Source of the DNA: an uncultured Clostridia bacterium | Lineage (GTDB): Bacteria; Bacillota; Clostridia; Oscillospirales; Acutalibacteraceae | Assembly (NCBI GenBank): GCA_946407065.1 | Contig: CAMJMQ010000015.1 | Location: 708 to 64,707 of the forward strand | Direction: 5' to 3' | Length of the DNA: 64,000 nt | Part shown: positions 55,988 to 64,000 of the stretch, piece after piece | Layout of the letters: each line of letters begins with the position of its first letter | Numbering within the stretch: position 1 is the stretch's first letter | Notes under the pieces: generated by a model | What the model saw: the letters and a program-made list of their open reading frames with translations, nothing else | Told to the model about the DNA's origin: nothing | Databases searched by the model: none | Position numbers and translations under genes: made by a program

Positions 55988-58546
55988 TTATACGGTTTCT
56001 CCGATCGCGTAAGGAACGGCAACGCCGACCAGATAGCGCTGGATAAAGGTGGCGTCAAGGATCGTGACGTCACCGTCGCCGTCAACATCGGCGGCAGCTG
56101 AATCGACGTCAGAGATACTGCCGACCAGCGCACGCTGGATACAGGTCGCGTCAAGGATCGTGACGTCACCGTCGCCGTCTGCGTCGCCGAGGATTGCGCC
56201 GGAGGGCGTCTCACTCTGCTCTGTTGTGATCGTGACGGTGGTACCCGCGTTGATCTTGGTGATACGGTAGGTGTTGTCGCCCAGATCCTTGATGTTCTTA
56301 TAGGTGCCCTCTGTCGCTGATACGCTGCTCAGTGTGTAACCGTCCTTGAGGATGACGGTGAAGTTGACCTGACCGTCGCCGGTGGAATCGGGCTGTCCGG
56401 TAGCGCTGCTGCGCGATACGGTTGCGCCTGTCGCGGAGACGGATTCGGACGCGCCGGAGGTATCCTGCGTCTGATAAACGGTGACGGAATCCACGCCGCT
56501 GTCGCCCGCAAAGCTCACGGTGTAGCCCTTGTCGACGACCGCTTCCTGTTCGACGGAATGATCGCAGGCATCGACAGAAACGGTCATCGGGATCGTCTGC
56601 TGTTCGGTCGCGCCGCACTTTGAGCAGGTGTAGGTCATCACGCCGGTGGAGGTGGGTGTCGCCGCGGTCGTCACTGCGCCTGAATTCCAGCTATGGCTCC
56701 ATGAGCCGCCCTTGCACGCGGTCACGCTTGTCGCGGTCGCGAATGACGGGGTGCTGCTCGATACGGCAGTCGGGTAGGATGCCATAATATAATTCACGTT
56801 CTTCGGGAGTGAATAGCTGAAGATGACACTGCCGCTGCTGCCTGCCTTGGTGTTGATGATCTTGCCGGCTGTGTAGCTCGTGGAGCTTGAAGCATATTTT
56901 TGATTACTGCCGAACCAGCTCGACTGCGCGGAGCCGTCCATGCCCGCTGTACCGGCGGTGAAGATGGTTGCCCCTTGGATCGATACGGTGCCGTCGGCGT
57001 CGATGGCGGAATTATCGCCGCCGGATCTCATACTGAACACTGCCTGTGTGCCGCCGTAGAGATACAGCCCGCCGTTGGAATCCAGACCGTCGCCGTCGCA
57101 GTTGACATACAGATCGCCGCCGTAAATATAGATGTTATAGTTGCCTGTGGCAGTAGAACCGCCGGGATTGGTATTGCCGCCGGGCCCGCCGCCGCTGCCG
57201 GGACGTCCTCCGGGACCGCCGCCGGGATTGAAGGTGTTGCCGCCGCCCGCGCCGGGATCGGAGCCGCTGGCGCTGCCGCCCGCCGCGTTCACGCCGTCAT
57301 CGCTCGCGACAACATAGCTTCGACCGGAATAGAGGTAGACGGTGCCGCCTTCAATACCTTCATAAGAGTTGTTGATTGTGATATCGGGATCGCGGTCATA
57401 GCCGCCCTCGGTGCCGATGGTCAATGAGGTGTCGCCGTGCATACCGTCGTCACCTGTTTGAATGGTGAAGGTGCCGCCGGTCACGGTCACATACGCGTCG
57501 GAATGGACCGCATCGTCACCCGTGTTCAGTGTAAAGGTACCGCCCGTGATATTGAGTGCAGGCTCGATCCCCGCCTCTTCCGCACGGTCGCCGGACGCTT
57601 TCAGTCCCTTACAGCTATATTCATTAGCGAGGGTATCGTTCCACACGCTGTAGCCCTTCCATGTGCGGATGTCGAAGGTGCCGCCGTTGATGTTCAGCGC
57701 GGTGTCGCCTTGGATGCCGTCGCCGTCGACATCGATGTCAAAGGTGCCGCCGTTGATGGTAACAGTACCCGCCGATTCGGTGTCGATGGTCGTGCCTTCG
57801 GGCTCATCGGTCGCGTCAGGTGCGCTCTTGATGCCGTCGTTGGCGGCTTTGATGACGTAGGTACCCTGATTGATGACGATGCTGCCGTCACAGCCGATGC
57901 CGTTGTTGACTGCCGCGCCCGAGGTGGTCGCGCCGTAATACTTCGCGTTGCCGCTGACATTGATCGTGCCGCTCCCGTTGAAGATCAGTTCAGCTGTCGA
58001 GCCGCCCTTGATACCGTTCTTCGCATTGGCGACGACATTCAGATCACCATCGCCGCAGAAGGTGACGGAGGAGCCGCTCTTGACCTTGATCGCCGCGCCC
58101 TCAAACGCGTCGGCTACCGTCGTATCGGTCGAGGTCTCGTTCGCGGGATCCTCGTTATCGGTGAGGGTAGAGGTGCCCTCGAGGTGGATGTTAACCGTCG
58201 CCGACTTTTTGACGACGATCGGCGCTGTTGTTGATGAAGAGAGCGTCAGGTCATCGAGAATGAGCGTGACGTCGCTCAGTCCCTTGCTGACGATGATCGC
58301 GCCCTCGGTGCAGCTGCCGCCGATACGGTAGGTGCCCGCCGTCGTGATGGTCAGCGTGGTGCCGTCGATGGCGTAGCCGCTGCCCGCCTGAGTCTCGGTG
58401 ATTGAGCTGTTTGAGAAGGTCAGCACAGCGCTTTGCTCCACAACAGCGGCGGTGGAGGCTGTATCGACCGATTCCGCCATCGCGGGAAGTGTAAGGGTGA
58501 GTACCAGCATCAGCGCCAGAATAACGGATAAGAGTTTGCGTGTCAT
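55988..58546 (-). CDS. Secreted Cthe_2159-like (beta-helix, carbohydrate-binding) protein with C-terminal type I dockerin
   Basis: Signal peptide MTRKLLSVILALMLVLTLTLPAMA. Repetitive G/T/D-rich beta-helix-like body. Gly/Pro linker. Two dockerin repeats GDADGDGDVTILDATCIQRALVG / ADVDGDGDVTILDATFIQRYLVG. Confidence 0.8.
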   Translation of the reverse strand: MTRKLLSVILALMLVLTLTLPAMAESVDTASTAAVVEQSAVLTFSNSSITETQAGSGYAIDGTTLTITTAGTYRIGGSCTEGAIIVSKGLSDVTLILDDLTLSSSTTAPIVVKKSATVNIHLEGTSTLTDNEDPANETSTDTTVADAFEGAAIKVKSGSSVTFCGDGDLNVVANAKNGIKGGSTAELIFNGSGTINVSGNAKYYGATTSGAAVNNGIGCDGSIVINQGTYVIKAANDGIKSAPDATDEPEGTTIDTESAGTVTINGGTFDIDVDGDGIQGDTALNINGGTFDIRTWKGYSVWNDTLANEYSCKGLKASGDRAEEAGIEPALNITGGTFTLNTGDDAVHSDAYVTVTGGTFTIQTGDDGMHGDTSLTIGTEGGYDRDPDITINNSYEGIEGGTVYLYSGRSYVVASDDGVNAAGGSASGSDPGAGGGNTFNPGGGPGGRPGSGGGPGGNTNPGGSTATGNYNIYIYGGDLYVNCDGDGLDSNGGLYLYGGTQAVFSMRSGGDNSAIDADGTVSIQGATIFTAGTAGMDGSAQSSWFGSNQKYASSSTSYTAGKIINTKAGSSGSVIFSYSLPKNVNYIMASYPTAVSSSTPSFATATSVTACKGGSWSHSWNSGAVTTAATPTSTGVMTYTCSKCGATEQQTIPMTVSVDACDHSVEQEAVVDKGYTVSFAGDSGVDSVTVYQTQDTSGASESVSATGATVSRSSATGQPDSTGDGQVNFTVILKDGYTLSSVSATEGTYKNIKDLGDNTYRITKINAGTTVTITTEQSETPSGAILGDADGDGDVTILDATCIQRALVGSISDVDSAAADVDGDGDVTILDATFIQRYLVGVAVPYAIGETV

Positions 58547-58912
58547 AGTGGATCTCCTTTCGATCAGTTGATTGGTGTTCCGTTTGGGATTCCACTTGCA
58601 TCATACAAAAAACATAAAGAAGAATCAATCATTCTCACAAAGCTTTCAGGTAACTTTCACACAACCGTCACAATCGCGGATATTTCTCGCCGGAAACTCT
58701 GCACCCGTCGCTTTTGCGCCGGCTCACTTTTTATGACAACAATCGATTTTTATGTTGCGCAGAGGTAGAAAATCAGACGATCACGTGTTATAATAGATAA
58801 ACGAATGTCGGACGATGGCGCTTTTTGGCATCGGACAGCGTCAGGGGGCGCTTATCGAGCCATGTCATGCCATTACAGGTGAGTAAATCAATATTCAAAA
58901 AGGAGAGAGAAA

Positions 58913-59845
58913 ATGGGAAATACGTTTTATTTTGAATGGGAAGTCGCGCTGATGGAGTGGATCCAGTCGTGGATCGGTCCCGTCGGCACGGCGATCGCCG
59001 CGGTGATCACCGAGATGGGCGACCAGCTGGTGTGCGTGGCGGTACTGGGCTTTTTGTACTGGTGCTGGGAGAAGGAATACGGCAAGTATGTCGGACTGAA
59101 CGTGCTGGTAGGCATCACCCTCAACCCGATGGTCAAGAACATCTTTCTCAGGCGCAGACCGTACTTTGACAACCCGGGCATCCAATGCCTCAAGCCCGTG
59201 AAAAGCGGTGCCGATATCTATGATATCTCGGCACAGGGCTTTTCCTTCCCCAGCGGTCACTCCACCAATTCCGTGGCGCTGTATACCTCTCTGGGGCGCT
59301 ATAGGAAGAACAAGATCCTGACGGTCATCGGCATCGTCCTCCCGCTGCTGGTAGGTATCTCGCGCTTTTGTCTGGGCGTTCATTATCCGACGGACGTCAT
59401 CTGCGGCTGGGCAATGGGTCTCCTTGTAGTCTTTATCGTGCCCGCCTTACAGCGCGCCATCAAAAACCGCCTCGCCTTCTACGGACTGCTGGTGCTGATC
59501 GCCCTGCCGGGATGGTTCTATTGCAAGAGCGCTGACTACTACACCGCCTTCGGCATTTTGATCGGCTTCATCTTCGCGGTGGAATTTGAGGAACGATTCG
59601 TCAAATTCGAGAACACGCGCAACATCCTGCGCTGCATTTTGCGGATCGTGCTGGGCGTGGGCGTCTACTTCGGGCTGAACGCCCTCTTAAAGCTCCCGTT
59701 CGACAAGGATTTTCTCAGCTCCGCTACGATGGCGTCCTACGCGGTACGCGCGGCACGCTACTGTGTGATCATCTTCGTCACCATCGGCGTGTACCCGCTG
59801 ATCTTCAAGCTCGGCGACCGCATTTTCAAGCGCAAGGCATCATGA
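58913..59845 (+). CDS. PAP2 family membrane phosphatase
   Basis: KNIFLRRRP, PSGHS and SRFCLGVHYPTDV motifs. Multiple TM segments. Confidence 0.85.
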   Translation: MGNTFYFEWEVALMEWIQSWIGPVGTAIAAVITEMGDQLVCVAVLGFLYWCWEKEYGKYVGLNVLVGITLNPMVKNIFLRRRPYFDNPGIQCLKPVKSGADIYDISAQGFSFPSGHSTNSVALYTSLGRYRKNKILTVIGIVLPLLVGISRFCLGVHYPTDVICGWAMGLLVVFIVPALQRAIKNRLAFYGLLVLIALPGWFYCKSADYYTAFGILIGFIFAVEFEERFVKFENTRNILRCILRIVLGVGVYFGLNALLKLPFDKDFLSSATMASYAVRAARYCVIIFVTIGVYPLIFKLGDRIFKRKAS

Positions 59846-59867
59846 CCGATCATAACAAGGAGATCAA

Positions 59868-60383
59868 ATGGAATTCAATAACGTGATCAAAGAACGGTAT
59901 TCCGTACGCAAATACAAGCCCGATAGGATAACGGATGAAGAACTGCACACGATCCTCAAAGCAGGGATATCGGCGCCTACGGGGTGCAACTATCAGCCCC
60001 AGAGAATCTATGTGCTGAAAAGTGATGAGGCGATCGCCAAGATCCGCGCGCTGTCCCGCTGCGCGTTTGACGCGCCTGTGGTGCTTTTGGTCGCCCTCGA
60101 TGAGACCGCCGACTGGAAAAGCCCGCTCGAAGCAGGCTGTCGCGCAGGCATACAGGACGTCAGCATCGTCGCGGATCATATGATGCTCGCGGCATGGGAC
60201 ATCGGCGTCGGCTCGTGCTGGGTGAATTACTTCAAGCCGAGTGAGGTGAAAGCGGCGTTTGAACTGCCCGTGAACGAAACGCCGATCCTGCTGATGACGC
60301 TGGGGTACCCTGCCGAAGACGCAAAACCGCTGGGGCTCCACTCTGAGAGCAAACAGATGAGCGAGATCATCAAGGTGCTGTGA
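59868..60383 (+). CDS. Nitroreductase family protein
   Basis: IKERYSVRKYKPDRITDEEL and QPQRIYVL are typical of the family. 171 aa. Confidence 0.8.
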   Translation: MEFNNVIKERYSVRKYKPDRITDEELHTILKAGISAPTGCNYQPQRIYVLKSDEAIAKIRALSRCAFDAPVVLLVALDETADWKSPLEAGCRAGIQDVSIVADHMMLAAWDIGVGSCWVNYFKPSEVKAAFELPVNETPILLMTLGYPAEDAKPLGLHSESKQMSEIIKVL

Positions 60384-60508
60384 CAGCGCTTTCATAAAAC
60401 AAACCCATAACAAACAACAAACAGCAGGCTGTACTCTCCGTGAGAGTACAGCCTGCTGTTTTGAATGATACATTTTTTCAGAGATTGTGCGCGATACCGA
60501 GAGCCCGA

Positions 60509-61777
60509 CTAGTCGGCGATGTCCAGAACGGAATCGAAGCCGGTCTGCTCCAGGATCTCTTTAACGGACTCATTGATATCGGTCAGCTTCACGCCGTTCG
60601 AACATCCCTTTTGCATGATGAGCAGCACGCGTAATCCTGCCGACGAGATATACGCCAGCTCGGTACAGTCAATCGCGACGGACTGCAGCTCATGCGCCGC
60701 TTTGACGCGCTCATACAGCGCCAGCAGCTTCGGCGCGGTCAGCGTATCGACCCTGCCCCTGAGCGACAGGTGCAAGGTCTCGTCCGCTACGGTCGCCTGC
60801 ATATCAAAACTGTCACTGTTCAGATCGGCGGTGTCGACCGCGACGTCCTCGTCCATCGGCGTGATCTTCCAGTAGGCGCATTTTTGCATGTTTTGTTGGA
60901 TCGCCTGTGCCTGCTCGGGGGTGACTTTTTCAAGGCTCTTGATTGCGGGCATATGCTCCGAGAGGATCATGCGCTCCGCCTTCAAGCCGTGGCGGGCTAA
61001 GAATGTCATCGCGTTCTTCATGTTCTCTGCCACATCGCCCATGGGGCTGACGTTCAGCGAATTGCCGCCCACGTTGACGTCCGACTTGTCCTCCGCGGTG
61101 GTCTTGCTCTTCATCATGATCTCCATGAAGCGGTCGCCGGCGATAGGCTGCATCGTCAGGATGTACTGCATCCCGGCCTCGGGATCGGCAGTCAGCCAAC
61201 AGCCGCCGTGCTCCTTGAGGAGCATGCGGATATTATCGCACAGTGCGCCGACCTCGGAATCGGTGAAATACATCAAGAGGCCTTCGGTCGTGATGCACAG
61301 GGGACCCTCGGCGTCCTTGAGCGCCGCTTTCATGGATTCGCCGTTGGTCGCGTCCACACCGCAGAAACGCACCAAGGGGCGTTGATCCTCATCGATCAGG
61401 GACAGGATCGCGGGCTCTGCCTCAGCGATCGCGGCGGGCAGATCCAAGCCGTAATACGCGATCCCCTTCTGCGCCATCGCTTTGGCGCGCGGGGTATAGC
61501 CGCAGGGCAGATCCACCAGCGTTTTACAGCCGGTCTCCTCGGCGATCGCGGCACAGGTACGCCAGCGTGTTTCCACCAAGATCATGTTGGCCGTCATCTG
61601 TTCGGGCGCTACCGTTGTCGTAGCGCTGTTCTGTGTCTCCTCAAAGGACAGGTTCAGCTTTTCGGCGACCGAAGCCGCGTCCCCGACGCCCGCCGCCGCG
61701 AGCTGAAAGACCGTCATTTTGGCGGTATTGAATACCGGGTTGACTCGTTCCAATAAATTTTGATCCATCATTATCAT
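60509..61777 (-). CDS. Class I SAM-dependent methyltransferase fused to a C-terminal STAS domain
   Basis: Start taken at MIMMDQNLL behind AAAGGA. TLVDLPCGYTPRA and YYGLDLP are the AdoMet-fold motifs. C-terminus LSLRGRVDTLTAPKLL...IDCTELAYISSAGLRVLL is STAS/SpoIIAA-like. Confidence 0.65.
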   Translation of the reverse strand: MIMMDQNLLERVNPVFNTAKMTVFQLAAAGVGDAASVAEKLNLSFEETQNSATTTVAPEQMTANMILVETRWRTCAAIAEETGCKTLVDLPCGYTPRAKAMAQKGIAYYGLDLPAAIAEAEPAILSLIDEDQRPLVRFCGVDATNGESMKAALKDAEGPLCITTEGLLMYFTDSEVGALCDNIRMLLKEHGGCWLTADPEAGMQYILTMQPIAGDRFMEIMMKSKTTAEDKSDVNVGGNSLNVSPMGDVAENMKNAMTFLARHGLKAERMILSEHMPAIKSLEKVTPEQAQAIQQNMQKCAYWKITPMDEDVAVDTADLNSDSFDMQATVADETLHLSLRGRVDTLTAPKLLALYERVKAAHELQSVAIDCTELAYISSAGLRVLLIMQKGCSNGVKLTDINESVKEILEQTGFDSVLDIAD

Positions 61778-62163
61778 CCTTTTCCGATTAGTTGGTAATA
61801 CGGATAAAGAGGTGTAGAGCCCCATGGGGCATGTGCGACAGCTTTTCGCCTGTTCTTCATCCAAAGGACAGTTGCTGATTACCGATTGCATCATAGCATA
61901 GTACCGTAAGGATGTCAATGGCGATCAAAACAATCAGGATGATCCTCGATATTTATTCTTTTTATATTGCCAACAGGCGAGTTTTTTGCTATAATCTCAA
62001 CAAAGAGACTTTCCCCGGTCACGATCGGCTGCTCTTACAGCCTCATACGTATCTTGCATGCGTGTCAGGGGCTTTTATCACCATCATCCATCACGTGACC
62101 AAAGCGGCGATACCGCGGCGGTCGCGATCGGTCAATCTTTTTAACTGAAACGGAGGAAAAGCA

Positions 62164-63129
62164 ATGAAAAGAATCTTACTGTTGATCCTGAGCGCCGCTA
62201 TCCTGCTGCTCACCGCGTGCAGCTCAGGTCAGACAAAGGCGACTGAGCCCGCCCAAGCGACCAAGGATGAGACCGCGGTCACATCCAACCGCCCCGAGGA
62301 CAGCACCGCGGTGATGCTGCCCAAGTACACCTACACCCTCAACGGCTCTCACGAAGTCAAGGGCAGACAGGGCGTGTGCAGCGAGGGCGACTACTACTGG
62401 GTCAGCGGCTCGACCACACTGGCAAAGTACGACAAGGACTGGAACCTGATCAAGATCAATGAAGAACCCTTCAAGGGCTATGAGGTCGAGGTCAACCACA
62501 TCGCCGACATCGATGTGTACAACAACGAGCTGTACATCGGCGCCGAGTACTTTATGGACGGCGTAGGCAAGAACATCCAGGTAGCGGTCTATGACGGCGA
62601 CACCCTGGAGCTCAAGCGCACCTTCCCCTTTGAGGCGGAGAGCGGTCAGCTCGAGTGCTCCGGCATCGCGGTCAACCCCGATAACAACACCGTGTGGATG
62701 TGCTCATGGGTCGGTGAAGAGAGCGGCCGCTATCTGTACGGCTACGACCTGAAATCCGGCAAATATCAGGGTAAGGTGCATATGCAGATGCCGCCGCAGT
62801 GGCTGCAGGGCATCGCCTACTATGACGGCTACTTCTACATGACCGCCGACGACGGTACCGCCGACGACAAAGAACCCGACCATCTCTATCGCACCAAGAT
62901 CAACGAGGGCGCGACCAGCTGCATCGTCACGCTCGAGCGTACCTTTGACGATGTCACCCTGCAGGGCGAGATCGAGGGCTTGACCTTTGATCATGCTAAA
63001 AAGCAGCTGCTCCTGCTCTACAACCGCGGCGCGCGCATCGTGCTGGGTATGCCCAAGGGCTTCTATGACGGATATGATAAAGAGATCAGCGAAGTATTCG
63101 TCTACGACATGGCTGAGAGAAGCAACTAA
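62164..63129 (+). CDS. Lipoprotein of unknown function
   Basis: Lipobox LLLTAC-SSG after an N-terminal signal. 321 aa. Confidence 0.6.
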   Translation: MKRILLLILSAAILLLTACSSGQTKATEPAQATKDETAVTSNRPEDSTAVMLPKYTYTLNGSHEVKGRQGVCSEGDYYWVSGSTTLAKYDKDWNLIKINEEPFKGYEVEVNHIADIDVYNNELYIGAEYFMDGVGKNIQVAVYDGDTLELKRTFPFEAESGQLECSGIAVNPDNNTVWMCSWVGEESGRYLYGYDLKSGKYQGKVHMQMPPQWLQGIAYYDGYFYMTADDGTADDKEPDHLYRTKINEGATSCIVTLERTFDDVTLQGEIEGLTFDHAKKQLLLLYNRGARIVLGMPKGFYDGYDKEISEVFVYDMAERSN

Positions 63130-63302
63130 AACCCAAACCGCATCACAGACAGGCTGTGCCCTCGTTTGAGGGCGCAGCCTTTTTCTTGCTCCGACAACGT
63201 GCGCAAATCTTTCCGCCTGTTGATTGAAAAACGCGAAGGATTATGATATAATCGAAAAAATAAAGGATCGACCCGATCCGAAACATAAAAAGGAGTATTG
63301 TC

Positions 63303-64000
63303 ATGAAAAACAGTGTAAAAAAATTGACAAGCCTGCTGCTGGCGGTTATCCTGATCGTCGGCGTGTTCACGGCTGTGCCGATCTCGGCAGGCGCCGCGGA
63401 CACGACTGTGCCCGAGATCCTCGGCGACGTTGACGGCGACAGTGAGGTCACCATCCTCGACGCGACGATGATCCGCCGCTATGAGGTGCAGTTAGGAACA
63501 CTCAGCGATCGACAGCAGTTGGCGGCAGACGTCGACGGTGACGGCGAGGTCACTATCCTCGACGCGACATGGATCCAGCGTTATCTGAACAGTTTGAAGG
63601 CGCCCGAGGGCATCGGCAAGCCCATGGCGGAGGTCTACACGGTCAAAGCGATCCCCGTTCTGCGTGAATCGGTAGACAGCACCGAAACGGCTCAGGTTCG
63701 TATCTATGCCGATCAGCCCCACGTGCCCTATATGAACGTGAAAGATTTTTACGACCGCTTCTATCTGCTGGGTACCGACCTGAAAGAGGGCATGACCATG
63801 ACCCATAGCGGCGACGCGTACACCCTCACCAATATCGCCGATGTATCCGCGACCTTTGATGTTGCGAAGGATTCGATATATACCTCTAACTTCGAGAGCT
63901 TTACGCAGCTCGCCTGCACTTTGCAGATCGCAGCAAGCGGCGGCGTAGATAACAACTATCCCTTTGCCAAAACAACCGACACAAACGAGCCTGTCGATCC
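63303..64000 (+). CDS. Secreted protein with N-terminal dockerin, partial (continues past window end)
   Basis: My own translation from ATG 63303 is MKNSVKKLTSLLLAVILIVGVFTAVPISAGA, then GDVDGDSEVTILDATMIRRY and ADVDGDGEVTILDATWIQRYL. The frame is open to 64000. It is absent from the ORF track because it is open-ended. Confidence 0.7.
   Translation, partial: MKNSVKKLTSLLLAVILIVGVFTAVPISAGAADTTVPEILGDVDGDSEVTILDATMIRRYEVQLGTLSDRQQLAADVDGDGEVTILDATWIQRYLNSLKAPEGIGKPMAEVYTVKAIPVLRESVDSTETAQVRIYADQPHVPYMNVKDFYDRFYLLGTDLKEGMTMTHSGDAYTLTNIADVSATFDVAKDSIYTSNFESFTQLACTLQIAASGGVDNNYPFAKTTDTNEPVD

Noticed and set aside
55592-56101. 169-aa ORF spanning the end of the island and overlapping the 3' end of the dockerin gene.
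   Set aside because: Only residues 38-78 resemble a real protein (the DUF2779 N-terminus). The rest is Arg/Pro-rich read-through across a terminator and antisense to the dockerin gene.

Overview
This 64-kb window comes from a moderately GC-rich Clostridia-type chromosome. Dockerin-bearing secreted proteins suggest Oscillospiraceae/Ruminococcaceae, but that taxonomic call is inference only. GC statements below are by eye, not computed.

The window has three parts.

(1) 1-20.5 kb is a dense nitrogen-assimilation neighbourhood. It holds gdhA, two short GS-I-like glnA paralogs each associated with an ANTAR regulator, glmS, dapL, a type III glutamine synthetase, an Amt-PII fusion and purF-carA-carB. 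Eight copies of one promoter-proximal RNA module sit in front of these genes, and one copy is orphan. Each module has a TTGACA-17-TATAAT promoter, a small stem-loop with hexaloop AAAGGC/AAUGGC/AAAGAC, and a mutually exclusive terminator hairpin.

(2) About 20.5-55.9 kb is a composite mobile/defence island downstream of carB.
- Integration machinery: three tyrosine integrases (one intact, one frameshifted, one internally deleted), tRNA-Arg and tRNA-Thr 3' fragments, and a perfect 154-bp tandem duplication.
- Defence-type content: a tightly coupled fic-hsdM-hsdS-[two unknown AT-rich genes]-hsdR operon, an AT-rich ABC-type ATPase plus PD-(D/E)xK-like pair, and a C5-methyltransferase homolog lacking the catalytic Cys.
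- Other content: a prim-pol/helicase with iterons, three SLOG/DUF1273 paralogs, orphan antitoxins, several gene fragments and two short repeat families.

(3) 56-64 kb encodes a secreted Cthe_2159-like dockerin protein, a PAP2 phosphatase, a nitroreductase, a methyltransferase-STAS fusion, a lipoprotein and a partial N-terminal-dockerin protein.

Best candidates for an undescribed system, in order:
(a) The class III cyclase-like gene plus unknown partner sitting between hsdS and hsdR, the position PrrC occupies in EcoprrI.
(b) The ATPase plus nuclease-like pair at 44.8-46.9 kb.
(c) The ANTAR hexaloop regulon, including its orphan transcript.
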